Part shown: positions 39,248 to 52,688 of the stretch, in pieces | How positions within the stretch are numbered: the first letter of the stretch is position 1 | Layout of the letters: every line of letters begins with the position of its first letter | From: Mobula birostris | Lineage: Eukaryota | Assembly (NCBI RefSeq): GCF_030028105.1 | Contig: NC_092376.1 | Coordinates: 116,682,230 to 116,746,229 of the forward strand | Direction of reading: 5' to 3' | DNA length: 64,000 nt | Position numbers and translations under genes: made by a program | Notes under the pieces: generated by a model | The model's input: the letters and a program-made list of their open reading frames with translations, nothing else | Database searches by the model: none | What the model was told of the DNA's origin: nothing

Positions 39248-40651
39248 TGTGATGCTCTGGGGAGCTAGCCGAGGTGGAGAAGGCAGAAGCAATTTTAGTC
39301 CCCCCATTGTGTTCCAGCATCGCCCCGCAAGCAGCGAGACCGAGGTTGTGTCACCGAGACTGAAGAGGAAACTGACGAGGAGGAGCCCGTGAGACAGGTC
39401 CGACCACTGCCGCGGGCCACGAAACGATCTCGGCTACCGCTGCGGTGAGGCAGGTCATTTGGCCCGGGACTGCCCCGTACCGGCACCACAGCTCAAGGCA
39501 GCGATCAGGAAATACTGACCGGGCATTGCCATCTGAGACCTCAAGCAGAATCCCTCCGCTATCACCCCTCCAGGTGGGCCGTTTAGTTGAAGAGCAGGGC
39601 TCATACGTGGACTGCATAGGGGAGGGCATCAGGTGCCGTGTGTTGGTGGACACGAGGTCAACCATCACCATCATCCGTCCCGGTGTTCTCCTTAACACGG
39701 ACTAGCCTTCCCCACCTGGGTGGACAACAACGGCGGTCCAACTGGCTACGGCCACACGTGACTGTACGGAGTTGCGAGGGAAGAGGAGGCTGCGCATCGC
39801 AGTGAGAAAAACTCAGCGGAGCACGAGGTGTGGCTTCCCGACATCCGAGAATCCTGCGTCATTGGCCTGGGCCTGCTGTCCCACTAGGGCGTCCGCGTAA
39901 ATGTGTTGGGGGCCACAGTCTACATCTTTGCTGAAGCCATGGCTGTCCGGCAGGGCAGAGGTCTCTGCCCTGTATCCGGAGACCAAGGCCCTGTACTCGC
40001 AGTGGGGAATGCTGGAGGTCCACGACCGGTTGCTGTTCCAGCGGTGGCAGTTGTCCAACAGTGACAGACACTCTTTCAGCCGGTGGTCCCCCAGGGGCTC
40101 CTCGCCACGATGCTGAGATCGGTGCATGGGTTGGTGGGGGCTGGCCATCTCGGAGTTGCAAAGACGTTGGGCAGGCTGCATGAACGCTTTTACTGGCCTG
40201 GGTACAGGCAGGACGTGGAGCTGTTCATGCACTTCTGCAATGCTTGTGTGTCCCAGAAGGGACTGGGCTGCCAGTCTAGGGCGCCAATGCAGCAGTACCT
40301 GGTGGGAGCCCCTCTCGGAAGAAAGGACGATCCCCCAGGCTGGGAAGCCACTGGAAGGGGCCAGGAGAGGCGCTTGACTGCATCTCCGATGTGGTATATC
40401 AGGTGCAATTGCCTGAGCGGCGGAAGGCAGTCGTGCTGCACCGGGACCGGCTGGCACCGAGTCAGCTCTTGGCCACCGCTGACCCAGCGAGGCTGATGGA
40501 AGGAAATAACACACCAGGTGTCCTGCCTCCTGCCTCACACGAACACGATGCCACTAAGACTTTTGAATATTGTCATGGACCCTGGGGTTGCCGAGGATGG
40601 CTGACCCCTCGGGTGGGAACAGTGTGATGCTCTGGGGGAGGCATGGTTGAC
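39248..40651 (+). mobile_element. Small deleted Gypsy fragment (protease and integrase pieces)
   Basis: TGTGATGCTCTGGGG at 39248 and 40623, the latter preceded by a PPT-like tract; VLVDTRSTITIIRP and GHLGVAKTLGRLHERFYWPG. Confidence 0.75.
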
Positions 40652-43600
40652 AACATCGAAACATAGAAACCGTACAGCACAATACAGGCCCTTCAGCCCA
40701 CAAAGATGTGCCGAACATGTCCCTACCTTAGAAATTACCAGGCTTACCTATAGCCCTCTCTTTTTCTAAGCTCCATGTACCGATCTAAAAGTCTCTTAAA
40801 AGACCCTATCGTATCTGCCTCCACCACCATTGCCGGCAGCCCATTCCATGCACTCACAACTCTCTGCGTAAAAAAAAAACTTACCCCTGACATCTCCTCT
40901 GTACCTAATCCCAAGCACCTTAAACTTGTGTCTTCTGGTGGCAACCATTTCAGCCCTGGGAAAAAGCCTCTGACTATCCACACAATCGATGCCTCTCATC
41001 ATTGTAAACACCTCTATCAGGTCACCTCTCATCCTCCATCGCTCCAAGGAGAAAAGGCCAAGTTCACTCAACCTATTCTCATAAGGCATGCTCCCCAATC
41101 CAGGCAACAGCCTTGTAAATCTCCTCTGCTTCCACATCCTTCCTGTAGTGAGGCGACCAGAACTGAGCACAGTACTCCTAGTGGGGTCTGACCAGGGCCC
41201 TATATAGCTGCAACATTACCTCTCGGCTCCTAAATTCAATTCCACGATTGATGAAGACCAATACACCATATGTCTTCTTAACCACAGAGTCAACTTGCGC
41301 AGGTGCTTTGAGTGTCCTGTGGACTCGGACCCTAAGATCCCTTTGATCCTCCACACTGCCAAGAGTCTTACCACTAATACTATACTCTGCCATCATATTT
41401 GACCTACCAAAATGAACCACTTCACACTTATCTGGGATGAACTCCATCTACCACTTCTCAGCCCAGTTTTGCATCCTATCAATGTCCTGCTGTAACCTCT
41501 GACAGCACTCCACACTATCCACAGCAGCTCCAACCTTTGTGTCATCAGCAAACTCACTAACCCATCCCTCCACTTCCTCATCGATTTCATTTAGAAAAAT
41601 CCACAAAGAGTAAGGGTCCCAGAATAGATCTCTGAGGCACAGCACTGGTCACTGACCTCCATGCAGAATATGACCCGTCTACAACTACTCTTTGTCTTCT
41701 ATGGGCAAGCCAGTTCTGGATCCACAAAGCAATGTCCCCTTGGATTCCATGCCCCCCTACTTTCTCAATAAGCCTTGTATGGGGTACCTTATCAAATGCT
41801 TCGCTGAAATCCATATACACTACATCTACTGCTCTTCTTTCATCAATGTGTTTAGTCACATCCTCAAAAAATTCAATCAGGGTCGTAAGGCATGACCTTC
41901 CCTTGACAAAGCCATGCTGACTATTGTTAGTCGTATTATACCTCTCCAAATGTTCATAAATCCTGCCTGTCAGGATCTTCTCCATCAACTTACCAACCAC
42001 TGAGGTAAGACTCACTGGTCTAAAATTTCCTGGGCTATCTCTACTCCCTTTCTTGAATAAGAGAACAACAACTGCAACCCTCCAATCCTCCGGAACCTCT
42101 CCTGTCCCCATTGATGATTCAAAAATCACCGCCAGAGGCTCAGCAATCTCCTCCCTTGCCTCCCACAGTAGCCTGGGGCACGTCTCATCCTGCTCCGGTG
42201 ACTTATCCAACTTGATGCTTTCCAAAAGCTCCAGCACATCCTCTTTCCTAATGTTACATGCTCAAGCTTTGCAGTCCGCTGCAAGTCATCTCTACAATCA
42301 CCAAGATCCTTTTCCATAGTGAATACTGAAGTAAAGTATTCATTAGGTACCTCTGCTATTTCCTCTGGTTCCATACACACTTTCCCACTGTCACACTTGA
42401 TATATCCTATTCTTTCACATCTTATCCTCTTGCTCTTCACATACTTGTAGAATGCCTTGGGGTTTTCCTTAATCCTACCTGCCAAGGCCTTCTCATGGCC
42501 CCTTCTGGCTCTCCTAATTTCCTTCTTAAACTCCTTCCTGTTAGCCTTATAATCTTCTAGATCTCTAACATTACCTAGATCTCTGAACCTTTTGCAAGCT
42601 TTTCTTTTCTTCTTGACTAGATTTATTACAGTCTTTATACACCACGGCTCCTGTATCCTACCATAACTTACTTCCCTGTGTCATTGGAACGTACCTATGC
42701 AGAATTCCACACAAATATCTCCTGAACATTTGCCACATTTTTTCTGTGCTTTTCCCTGAGAACATCTGTTCCCAATTTAAGCTTCCAATTTCCTGCCTGA
42801 TAGCCTGATAATTCGCCTTAATCCAATTAAACGCTTTTCTCCCACTGTGAGATCTGACACCTGACCAGGTTCATTTCCCAATACCAAATCAAGTACAGTC
42901 TCTCCTCTTGTAGGCTTATCTACATATTGTGTCAAGAAACCTTCCTGAACACACCTAACAAACTCCACCCCATCTAAACACCTTGCTTTATGGAGATGTC
43001 AATCAGTATTTGGGAAATTAAAATCTCCCATCACAACAACTCTGTTATTATTACACCTTTCCAAGATCTGTATCCCTATCTGCTCCTCGATATCCCTGTT
43101 ACTATTGGGCGGCCTATGAAATACACCCAGTAAAGTTATTGACCCCTTCCTTTTCCTGACCTCCACCCACAGAGACTCCGTAGACAATCCCTCCATGACG
43201 TCCACCTTTTCTGCAGCGGTGACACTATTTCTGATCAACAGTGCCACGCCCCCGCCTCTTTTGCCTCCCTCCCTGTCCTTTCTGAAACACCTAAAACCCG
43301 GCACTTGAAGTAACCATTCCTGTCCCTGAGCCATCCAAGTCTCTGTAATGGTCAGCACATCACAGCTCCAAGTACTGATCCACACTCGAAGCTCATCTGC
43401 TTTGCTCACAATACTCCTTGCGTTAAAATAGACACTTCCAAAACCATTGGTCTGAGCGTGTCCCTTCTCTATCACCTGCCTATCCTCCCTCACATGCTGT
43501 CTCCAAGGTTTCTCTATTTGAGAGCCAACCACCTCTTCCCCACTCTCTCCAGCTCGGTTCCCACACCCCAACGATTTTAGTTTAAACTCTCCCCAGTAGC

Positions 43601-44297
43601 CTTAGCAAACTTCCCCAACAGGATATTGGTCCCCCTGGGATTCAAGTGCAACCCATCCTTTTTGTACAGGTCACACCTGCCCCAAAAGAGGTCCCAATGA
43701 TCCAGAAATCTGAATCCCTGCCCCCTGCTCCAATCCCTCTGTCACACATTTATCCTCCACCTCATTCTATTCCTATATTCACTGTCGCGTGGCACAGGCA
43801 GTAATCCCGAGATCACTACCTTTGTGGTCCTGCTTCTCAACTTCCTTCCTATCCCCCTGTAGTCTGTTTTCAGGACCTCCTCCCTTTTCCTGTCTATGTC
43901 ATTGGTTCCAATATGTACTATGACCTCTGGCTGTTCTCCTTCCCATTGCAGGATATCTTGGATGTGAGCTGAAACATCCCAGACCCTGGCACCTGGGAGG
44001 CAAACTACCATCCAGGTTTCTTTCCTGTGTCCACAGAATCACCTGTCTGACCCCCTATCTCTAGAGTCCCCTATCACTACTGTCTTCCTCTTTCTTTCCC
44101 TGCCCTTCTGAACCACACAGCCAGACTCTGTGCCAGGTGCACGGCCACTGTTGCTTCCCCCAGGTAGGCTGTCCCCCCCCCCCCCAACAGTACTCAAACA
44201 GGAGTACTTATTGTCAAGGGGTATAGCCATAGGGGTACTCTCTAGTACCTGACTCTTGCCCTTCCGTCTCCTGACTGTTACCCACTTGTCTGTCTCC
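40652..44297 (-). mobile_element. Near full-length degraded CR1 LINE
   Basis: ORF1 esterase pieces (CLPGARV, HIGTND), endonuclease 42999-43571, RT 41587-42237; tail ACATAGAAAC. Confidence 0.95.
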
Positions 44298-45818
44298 TGG
44301 TGGGAAGTTCCCAGTTCATTTATTGTTACATTTTAGCTTGGATTATACAGTTATTCACTTGGGAATTTGTGGCTCACCCTAACTGTAACCAGGGTGTGTG
44401 ATAGTCACCTCCTTCGTCTGTATGAGATGCTCGGGTTCACTCTCCAGGTCATGATACCCGGTTTGTTTGTGTTTATCACAATAAAGCGGTTATTGAGGTA
44501 CCAAGCTTCCTCATCTGTCATTATGGACCAAATGCTCGCCACAATACGATTTGCAACCAATAGTGTAAATGACTATCAATGGGACACTGATCATTTTTGT
44601 GGGAATGTAGCCAGGCGGAACAGAGAATTGTGCCTGTTGTTTCTGACAGGAGAGAAAAAGCGTGGATCCTTCCCAGGTGGCTGTAAGAGCCAGTCCCCAC
44701 ATGTGTCTGGGCCATTGTCTAGTCTATAAAGGGGAAGTAAATGGCAGCATTGCTGTTCCTTTTGGTTGATTTATTTTAGTGATCATGTGTACCTGCCTGA
44801 GGTGTGTTACTTATGCAGCTCCTTTTGTACATTGTAGGACTGACATCAACCAATGTGTAAAAGGCAACAAGCTGTGCAAATACTAAAGGAGAAAAAGACA
44901 GTAATAATAAATAAATAAGCAATAAATATTGAGAAAATGAGTTGTACTGTCCTTGAAAATGAGTTAGTGGGAACAGTTCAGTGATGGGGCAAGTGAAGTT
45001 GAGTGGAGTTGTCACCTCTGGTTCAAGAGCCTGATAATTGTGGGGTAATAACTGTTCCTGAACCTGGTAACTCCTGTATGCTTTTCCTGATGGCACCCCT
45101 CTTTGCAATCTAATAGTGCTTGTATTTCATAGCTGAAAATTTGTAGCCAACTAAGCTAATTAAAAACAATTTTATTTCAAAGATTAATTGCCAAAATGGA
45201 TAAATCACTTCAACAGGACCATACACCAGGTTACATATAAACAGTTGTCATCACTATACCTGTTGATCAGTCCCACACATCAATTAAATAGTCCACTTTC
45301 CCTTCCTTCCACAGAGACTCTTAGGTAAAAGTAGCAGCCGTCACTATACCTGGGCAAATAGACTAACTAGGTCACCGTCCCACTGTCCTAACAACTGCAG
45401 ACCATCACAACTCCAGCAATTTTGTGCAGAGAGTGCAACTGGCTGCCTTAGCAACCAACTACTGAAAGAAAGCTATTTTTCTGAAGTTGCCTCATAGGAC
45501 TATCACATAGTAAATTCCATGTAACTGACAGGTTCAATGACATTCATCCCCTTGTTAACCACTAGAGCTCACGTTTTTGTTTGTGCAGGTATGAAAATCC
45601 TCAAAGAAAATGCAAATAGTTATCTTGTGGGTGACACAGGAAAATGAAATCTGCATAATTTACTCAACCTAGGCCAACCCAATAAAGGTCATGCATAAAA
45701 TTCCTGCTGCCAGCTCATTGTTATCTTCACACCGGCCAGCTCTGACTGCAATGTTCATTAATTTTTTTTGTGTCAGCACAGGATGCAATTTTATGAGGGG
45801 CAAGTACCAGCTCAAGCC

Positions 45819-48800
45819 TGTGTCACGGGGGCTGTGGCTTATTTGCCAGTCGAAAGCTGTTATTACTGCGTTGGTCAGTGATTGGTCCATTTAATGTTTG
45901 TAGCTGCTCTTTCCCATTGGTTGTCTTGCGCACCACGGCACCCATGTCTGGTTCCGGGCACCTCAGCGGGTATCAAACAGCAAGTGTCGCGGGGGATGGG
46001 GGGGTTGCTCTCTTTTCTTTCCTTTGTCTCCAGGGCACAGCTCATGGAACGATTGGGAAGGTATGCTCCATGCACACTCTTATTTCAGTATCTGTTTGTT
46101 GAAAATTTAGTTTTGTAGATTGCATAACTCTGAGGGACATAGATGTTAGGTAGAATCTTTTGCTGTTTGTGAATAAAGATTAATGTGCTTATTTTCAGTC
46201 AGTGTCTTCTGTCTCGCTCACCAAACCCATGAACCTGCTTCTACATTACATTTGGCGCTGCTTTGGCATGATTTGCTGATTTGAGCAGAAAATGCATTTC
46301 TTTAGAAGGTCATTTAAGCGAGAGGACCCCCCCCCCCCCCGCCGGTATGAGCAATGTCGAGTCCCTGGGTGGACGGATAACAGTGAGACTATGGAAGTCT
46401 CACAAACCTATTAATGGGTTACAGGATGATAATAGATTGATCAGACCACCTAGATTTTGACGGCGTTAAAACTGGATACCATATTGTATCCACAACTTAA
46501 AACACTAGGATTTCCTAGGAGAAAGGATAGCTGGTGGGATGCTCTCTGGCTGTTTACAGCCATCATAAAGCACCTGCGCAACATGATCTAGAGTCTTAAA
46601 AACAAGGCTGATGAGCTAAATTAGTGCTGTATCATTATGAGAGAATAATGGCTGATGGCCAAGAACTGGTCTGCAAATCAGAAGATAAGAATACAGAGAT
46701 TGTCGGCTAATGAAGGTAGAGCAATTAGGCGCTGCCTGGTGGGCTAATTGGCAAATCAATCCTGTTAGGGTTTGAGCTTTGATGTGGTGGTGGGGCAATG
46801 ATCGTACTGCATGGATGGGAGATGGGGATGTCTGGCTGGATGGAGAAAATGAGGAAGAGAGGGTGGAGTAGTCTCCTAGGATTCACTCTCTAAATTATTG
46901 CTTGTGTTCCCAAAACAGTACGAGCGAGGCCAGTGATCACGCCATCCTATACCTGCCATGGGTAGCATTGGCTCACGGCTTCTTTCTCCCAGGAGGGAGA
47001 GGAAGAGAAGAAGAGTCAGCAACGTGTGAAATGCTCCCTTCGAGACAACAGAGACCAGGGAGTTCTCTGCTAAAGAACTGGCGAGTTTAGGGAAGTCTGA
47101 AGAGTCTTTGGCTACATGGTTGTTGAAGATATGGGATGAGGGAGGTACCAGAGTGAGCCTATCTAATGGAGAGCTTAGTGTCCCAACGCATGATCAATAA
47201 CACCCTGAGAACACTGCTTGCTTCCCCTGAGCATAATGTATCATTATAGCATCGAGTAGCAGCATTGGTCAGATTCACATATCCTTCTCTCTTTGAAAGG
47301 GATTTAAAACCCTGGGCAGAATGGAGCACAGTAGAGGGAGGCACTAAAGCCCTTTGCCAGAGGGCTCTTATTACAGTACTATACAATGGTAGTGATAACC
47401 TGCCAGAGGAGGTTGAATGAACTTCTGCCATGATAGGGCACCTGGTTATAGCTCTGGCTTCCCATTTAACGGGGGTAATATCAGAAACATGAGAAAATCT
47501 GCAGATGCTGAAAATCCATTGCAACGCATAAAAAGCTGCCGGAGCACAGCAAGCCAGGCAGCACCTGTGGAAAAGAGTAAACATTCTATGTTTCAGACCA
47601 AAAACCCTTCATCAGAGCTGACTGTCTTTAATAGGACCAGATTATGGTTGTCCTGTAAGTACAGCGATGTAATTGTGGCAGGGTTTGAGGTATGCAGAAA
47701 AGGATGTGCATAACCAGGTATGGAAGTTGGAGAAGCAGACCGTGAGTGGAGGGTCCCTCCTGACTCATAAAGAAATGCTTCTGGCATTGCTAAAAGCTGG
47801 GATCCCAAAGGAACAGGTAAATGGGGTTCCTTCTCCCATATGCTAAGCAATGTTCAGGGAGTACAGCCAATGAAAGTGAGGAAAGGAGGCCATTAATTTG
47901 GAAGGGCCATTCTTCAAGCCCTCTCCTGATAAGGGCTCCTTTTGTCCTCTGCTGGATTCCTCACATTTCATTCAACATTCCCTATATGCTGAGCTAGAGG
48001 CATTGCAAAGGGCCATGGCTGACATCCAGTGGCAGAAGGCATTGGGGGCAGGGGGCATTTGGCTTGCATCCCTCTTCCATGTAAATAGAGTGTGAATGGT
48101 TTGATTGTGGAGAGATGAGTGAAGGCTTTGCCTTTAGAGATTGAATGTGTTGGGCTCTGTCCAGATTTTTCTTTCCGCTTGTTCTCTGATAAGTGTGTTT
48201 CCCCCCGCCCCATGGGAATTAATGTTTTGTTTTAAGTTTTACAGTTCCATGCCAAGTTTCTTAAGGAAATTAAGTACAAATCTGTATTTTTGTTTGTCTT
48301 GTCTGTGTTTTTAGTTTGTTGCTTATTCATTTCCCATGCAATCGGCTTTGGCAATAACCCCACAGTTCATACTGGCCATGTGGAATTTGGGTTAATGAGG
48401 TAGAAATTTGAGCGTCTTTATTCTGGATATGAGATGTCCACATTCCAGAGGGAAACAGGCATTTGGGGAACAATTCTAAGAGTTGTTGTTTTGTGGTTTT
48501 TGTGCCTAAATATCCAGTGACTAATCAGGAGCGAGTGTGTTTGTATCTCCTTGCATTACAGAATGGCAAAGTAGTGAACGCTGACTTGTGGTAGGAGATC
48601 CTGTGATACATTCCTGAGAATAGTGTGGAAATTACACACTGGACCAATGTGCCAGCTTGCTGGATCTGTATGAGGACTCCTTACTACACTGCGATGACGA
48701 GGAAAAAGACTGTTGGGTGAAATCATCTAGCTTCTCAGGTTTTGACATTCTATTCTGGGGGTCTGGGGGGAGCTGGGAGGGAGTAGTCTATTCCAGCCAA

Positions 48801-50032
48801 ACTCAACCTATAGTATGGTAACAGCCTTAAGGGACTTTGGCCTTAATAGCCCCAGTGGGGTAAGTGCATTAAGGACTGGTATTTCCCTACATACTATCTG
48901 TTTAACTGGAAGGTCTTGATTAGTGATTTACCCACCTAACCAAGATTGCTGGAGTAGATGGTATGATAAGCACAGGTCAGATATGGCAAGTGTGAGCAGG
49001 AAAAGTATCCTGAGATGGCTGTGTCTATGTCAAATGGTGTTGTGAAGGCGGGCCCTCGCTGGGCACTGAATGGCACTCACCAGATATGAAGGTCCTAGAC
49101 CTACCTGTGGCTCCCCACGGGGTGGTGCAGCTGCTGGGATAAGTGGTTCCATACGCACACCACCCCAGTGCCCTGCATGAGCGCCTTGCCCACGCTGGTC
49201 GGCATAGTAAGAGGGCTATTACAGAGAAAGGAATGTTTGAATGATAGCCTTTCCCAGACTATCCTGCTCACAAAGAAAGGTGGCACTTGTGCTGTTATTG
49301 GTCAAGCATGCTGCACCTGCATTCCTGACAAATCGGGGAACATCACTCACCCGGCAGATCTTACCTGAGAGTTGGTGTACAAGACTAAATAGGAGCTAGC
49401 TCATTACCTATTACACGCTGGAGGAAGGCTGGTGGCCTTTGTTGTGCAGGGAGGCTACTGGACTACTGAAGTACACTGTGGTGGGGGGGGTGACTGTGGG
49501 CTTACAGTTCTGGGCATTGTACTTTTATGTTTTGTATGCAGCTTAGTAGGGAGTTTGTGAGGGTCATACTAATCTGAGGGTTGAATTGTCATGGTGTTGC
49601 AACTTTTGAGGGGTGGCATGTTGAGTGGGGGTGTAGCTCATTTGCCAGTCAAAAGCCACTTCTGTTGTGTCAGCGGTTGATTGAGCCATTTATAAACTGA
49701 TGCTGCTCTTTTCCATTAGCTGGCTTACATGCCATGGCATTATTTCCCCATTGTGAGTGCCTCAGGGTGTATCAAATAGCAAGTGTGGGAGGTTTGCTCT
49801 CTTTTCTTTCCTTTGTCTCCAGGGCACAGCTCATGGAACCATCGGGAAGATACTGTATGCTCCATGCACGCTCTTAGCTAAGTAAATGTTTGTTGAATAT
49901 TCAGTTTTGTAGTTTGTGTAAAGTGTGGGAACTTAGATGTTTGGTCGAATCTTGTACTGTTTGTAAATAGATTATTCATAATCAGTGTTTTCTGTCTCAC
50001 TCTCCAAACTGTGAACCTGCTTCCACATTACA
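45819..50032 (+). mobile_element. Endogenous retrovirus remnant: LTR 45819-46250, PBS at 46253, gag-like, env-like, PPT, LTR 49619-50032; no pol seen
   Basis: Direct repeats end GAACCTGCTTC.ACATTACA. PBS TGGCGCTGC..GGCATGAT (tRNA-Ser-like); PPT GAGGGGTGGCA; gag motif ESLATWLLKIWDEGG at 47102-47146; env motifs listed in the next feature. Confidence 0.85.
48460..49570 (+). pseudogene. Gamma-type retroviral env remnant
   Basis: TNVPACWIC (CXXC, ~48658-48669); furin-like RHSKR|AITE (~49198-49225); LLTKKGGTCAVIGQACCTCIPDKSGNIT (CX6CC); hydrophobic GLTVLGIVLLCFVCSL. Frameshifted and deleted. Confidence 0.85.
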
Positions 50033-52688
50033 ATCTATGTATTGGTAGACAAAGACAACAAATACCATGGTTTCAATTAATTCCAAGAGGCAGAAGCTTT
50101 ATAAAAGGAAGTATTAGGATATATCAAGTTATCCAGAAGTAGAAGAACAGAAATTCAAATTATATTAAAATGGAGAGAGAACTGAGAATTCAACTCTGCC
50201 AGGAGACTTGGCTGTCCTCATAAATGAAGCAATGAAACTAAGAAATTATCTAAATACTTTGTGAATCACTCTTTTTTCTGTTAAGTAATCACCACAAACA
50301 ATACCTTGTAACTTCTTTTTGGACTTGGAGTCGATCTGATGCGGCAGAACTGAGACAAGGCGAGAGCTGGAAAGACCTGAAGTGTGATCAATTTAAGTGC
50401 CAGTCAGAGTTGGATTGGTCGGGTGCAGACCCCGGGGTGTATCAAAGCAATGGAACCCGATGTTTGGACAACAATTTAAGCACTGGGCCAGATTGTATAG
50501 GGCAGGCTGTTGGTGCTGGAGGTGAAGAAATGACAGATTCAGTTGACTGCTCCACGATGTTTATACAATTGTGCATTGAACTGAGGGTCTGTGGTTTCAT
50601 GTCTGTGGATGGGTTTTCTTTGGTAGACTTCAGTTTTGAATTCTATTTTGCTTTCACGGGCTTCAGATCTGAACACTACTTGCTTGCTTTTATTGCTTGC
50701 ATGATCTGTTTCTTTTCTCTCTTACTAATTGGGTGTTTGACAGTCTTTAGTTTAGTGGGACGTTTTTGGTTACTGTGTCTTTACATTTACATATCAATTA
50801 AATAAAGGTACACACGTGGAGGTGGCTTTAACTGGTATATTCACATTAAAGAGAGAGAGAGGTTGGGGGGGGAGAGAGAGAGAAGCAGAACGTGCAGGCA
50901 CAGAAACCACAAATCAATGCACATAGCTAAGTTATCAGTAGTGCTAACGGGAGTCACTGCTCTAAAAGAAATAGATCTATACATTACACTTCCTCCCCCT
51001 TTAATGTAACATAAATCTGTATATTTAGCAAAACATTCAATTTCCCTTTAACAACCATATTCAAATCAACTTGCTTTCAGAATAACTAACTTCACTATAC
51101 TAAAGATTCAGTCTTTTGGGTGGCACTCTGTTTCTTTCTGGATAGTGCCTCTGGACCTGTGGAGTGGCATCAGGTTTGGCAGGTGTCTTGTCAAAGACAA
51201 CTTTCTCTGTTGCAGGTGTCACGTTGCTGTTGGTGATGCTGTCATCACTGAGAGGCAAGGCTAGTGGCTGTAATGTGTCCATCTTGTTGGATGCATTCGA
51301 CTCAGGTGTTTTCTTCAGCTGAGCATCCAGTATCTGGTCCACATGACGTCTCCATGTGTGATCTCCAACATACACTGTGTGCATCAATGGTCCAGTTCTT
51401 GTCCCTATCCTACCAGGTGTCCACTTGTCTTCTTGGTAATTATGTACTCGGACTTCCTGTCCAATCTTGAAGTCCTTTGCTGATTTAATTGGCAAATGTC
51501 TGAACTGTTTATTCTGCACTTCCCTCGATAGATCTGGTTTCAGGAGGTCAATGCGAGATCTCAGATTCCTGTTCATGAACAGCATTACAGGTGTTTGATT
51601 TGTCGTCGTAAGAACAGAGGTCCGATACATGAAAAGGAAGTTGTCCACCTTATGCTGTAGAGAAGTGTCTGTCTTGTTCATCTCTTCAATGGGCTTCTTG
51701 AAGCATTGGACAAACGTTTGAACTAAATCATTTGTTGCTGGGTGGTAAGAGACTGACCTGAAATCTTTGGTGCCATTTTCCTTCATGAATAGTCTGAACT
51801 ATTCTGACGTATATTGTAGTCTGTTTCCACTCACAATTTGTTCAGGTAAGCTATTTCTGGAGAAGGTAGTCCCCAGAGCAGGAGCAGTCTTTTCTGATGT
51901 GGTTGACTTCATTGGTATGACCTCCAGCCACTTTGAATGAACATCCACAGCAATCAGAAGCATGGAGTCCATGAATGGCCCAGCAAAGTCAATATGTAGT
52001 CTGTGCCATGGTGACAATGGCCCCTCCCAGGGGTGTAATGGTGCCTTTGGGGATGCATTTTGAACTTTGTGACATCCCGAACAGCTTTTGGTCAAGTCTT
52101 CAATCTGTCTATCTAACCCTAGTCACCTGGTGAGACTCTTTACCTTGACTGTACACAGCTGTCCTTCATGCAGGTTTTCTATCACTCTGGTGTGCAGTTT
52201 AGAGGGAACCACAGCATGAGATCCACACATCAGTGTTCTTTGTCATACAGACAATTGGTCTCATCTTACTGAGAACTCTGGAAACATAGGATTACCATGC
52301 GCTGGCCATCCTCGCAAGGTGATGTCATGGACTTCTGACAATGTTGGGTCATTCCTTGTTTCTCTTTGTATTTCAGAATTTGTTACAGGGAACTGGCCCA
52401 CCAATGCTGTGTGAAACACTTCTTGGTCACACATGAAGTCTTTTCTTCTTCGGATGCCAACAGTGGAAGATGTGACAAGCCATCAGCATTGCTGTGTTGA
52501 TTGGTACCCTTGAACTCTATGTCATTAGAATGGACTCCAAGGAAAATTCCCCAATGTTGCAACTGGGTAGAGGCATCATTCAGATTCCTTTCCTGGGATT
52601 GAAAATGGACACAAGAGGCTGGTGGTCTGTCAGTAAAGTAAACTTTTGTCCATAGAGGTAGTGGTAGAACTTCTTTATTCCCCATACT

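Larger units (their letters stand above)
37230..44850 (+). mobile_element. Internally deleted Gypsy element hosting nested insertions
   Basis: LTR-like match 37230-37310 with 44760-44830; gag-like RVFSGGSS.VYYEWLDD...YEYLGGQAR (38070-38405) is followed directly by RNase H-like VLTDNNPLSHL...YRPGRQNAAADAL. Confidence 0.65.
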
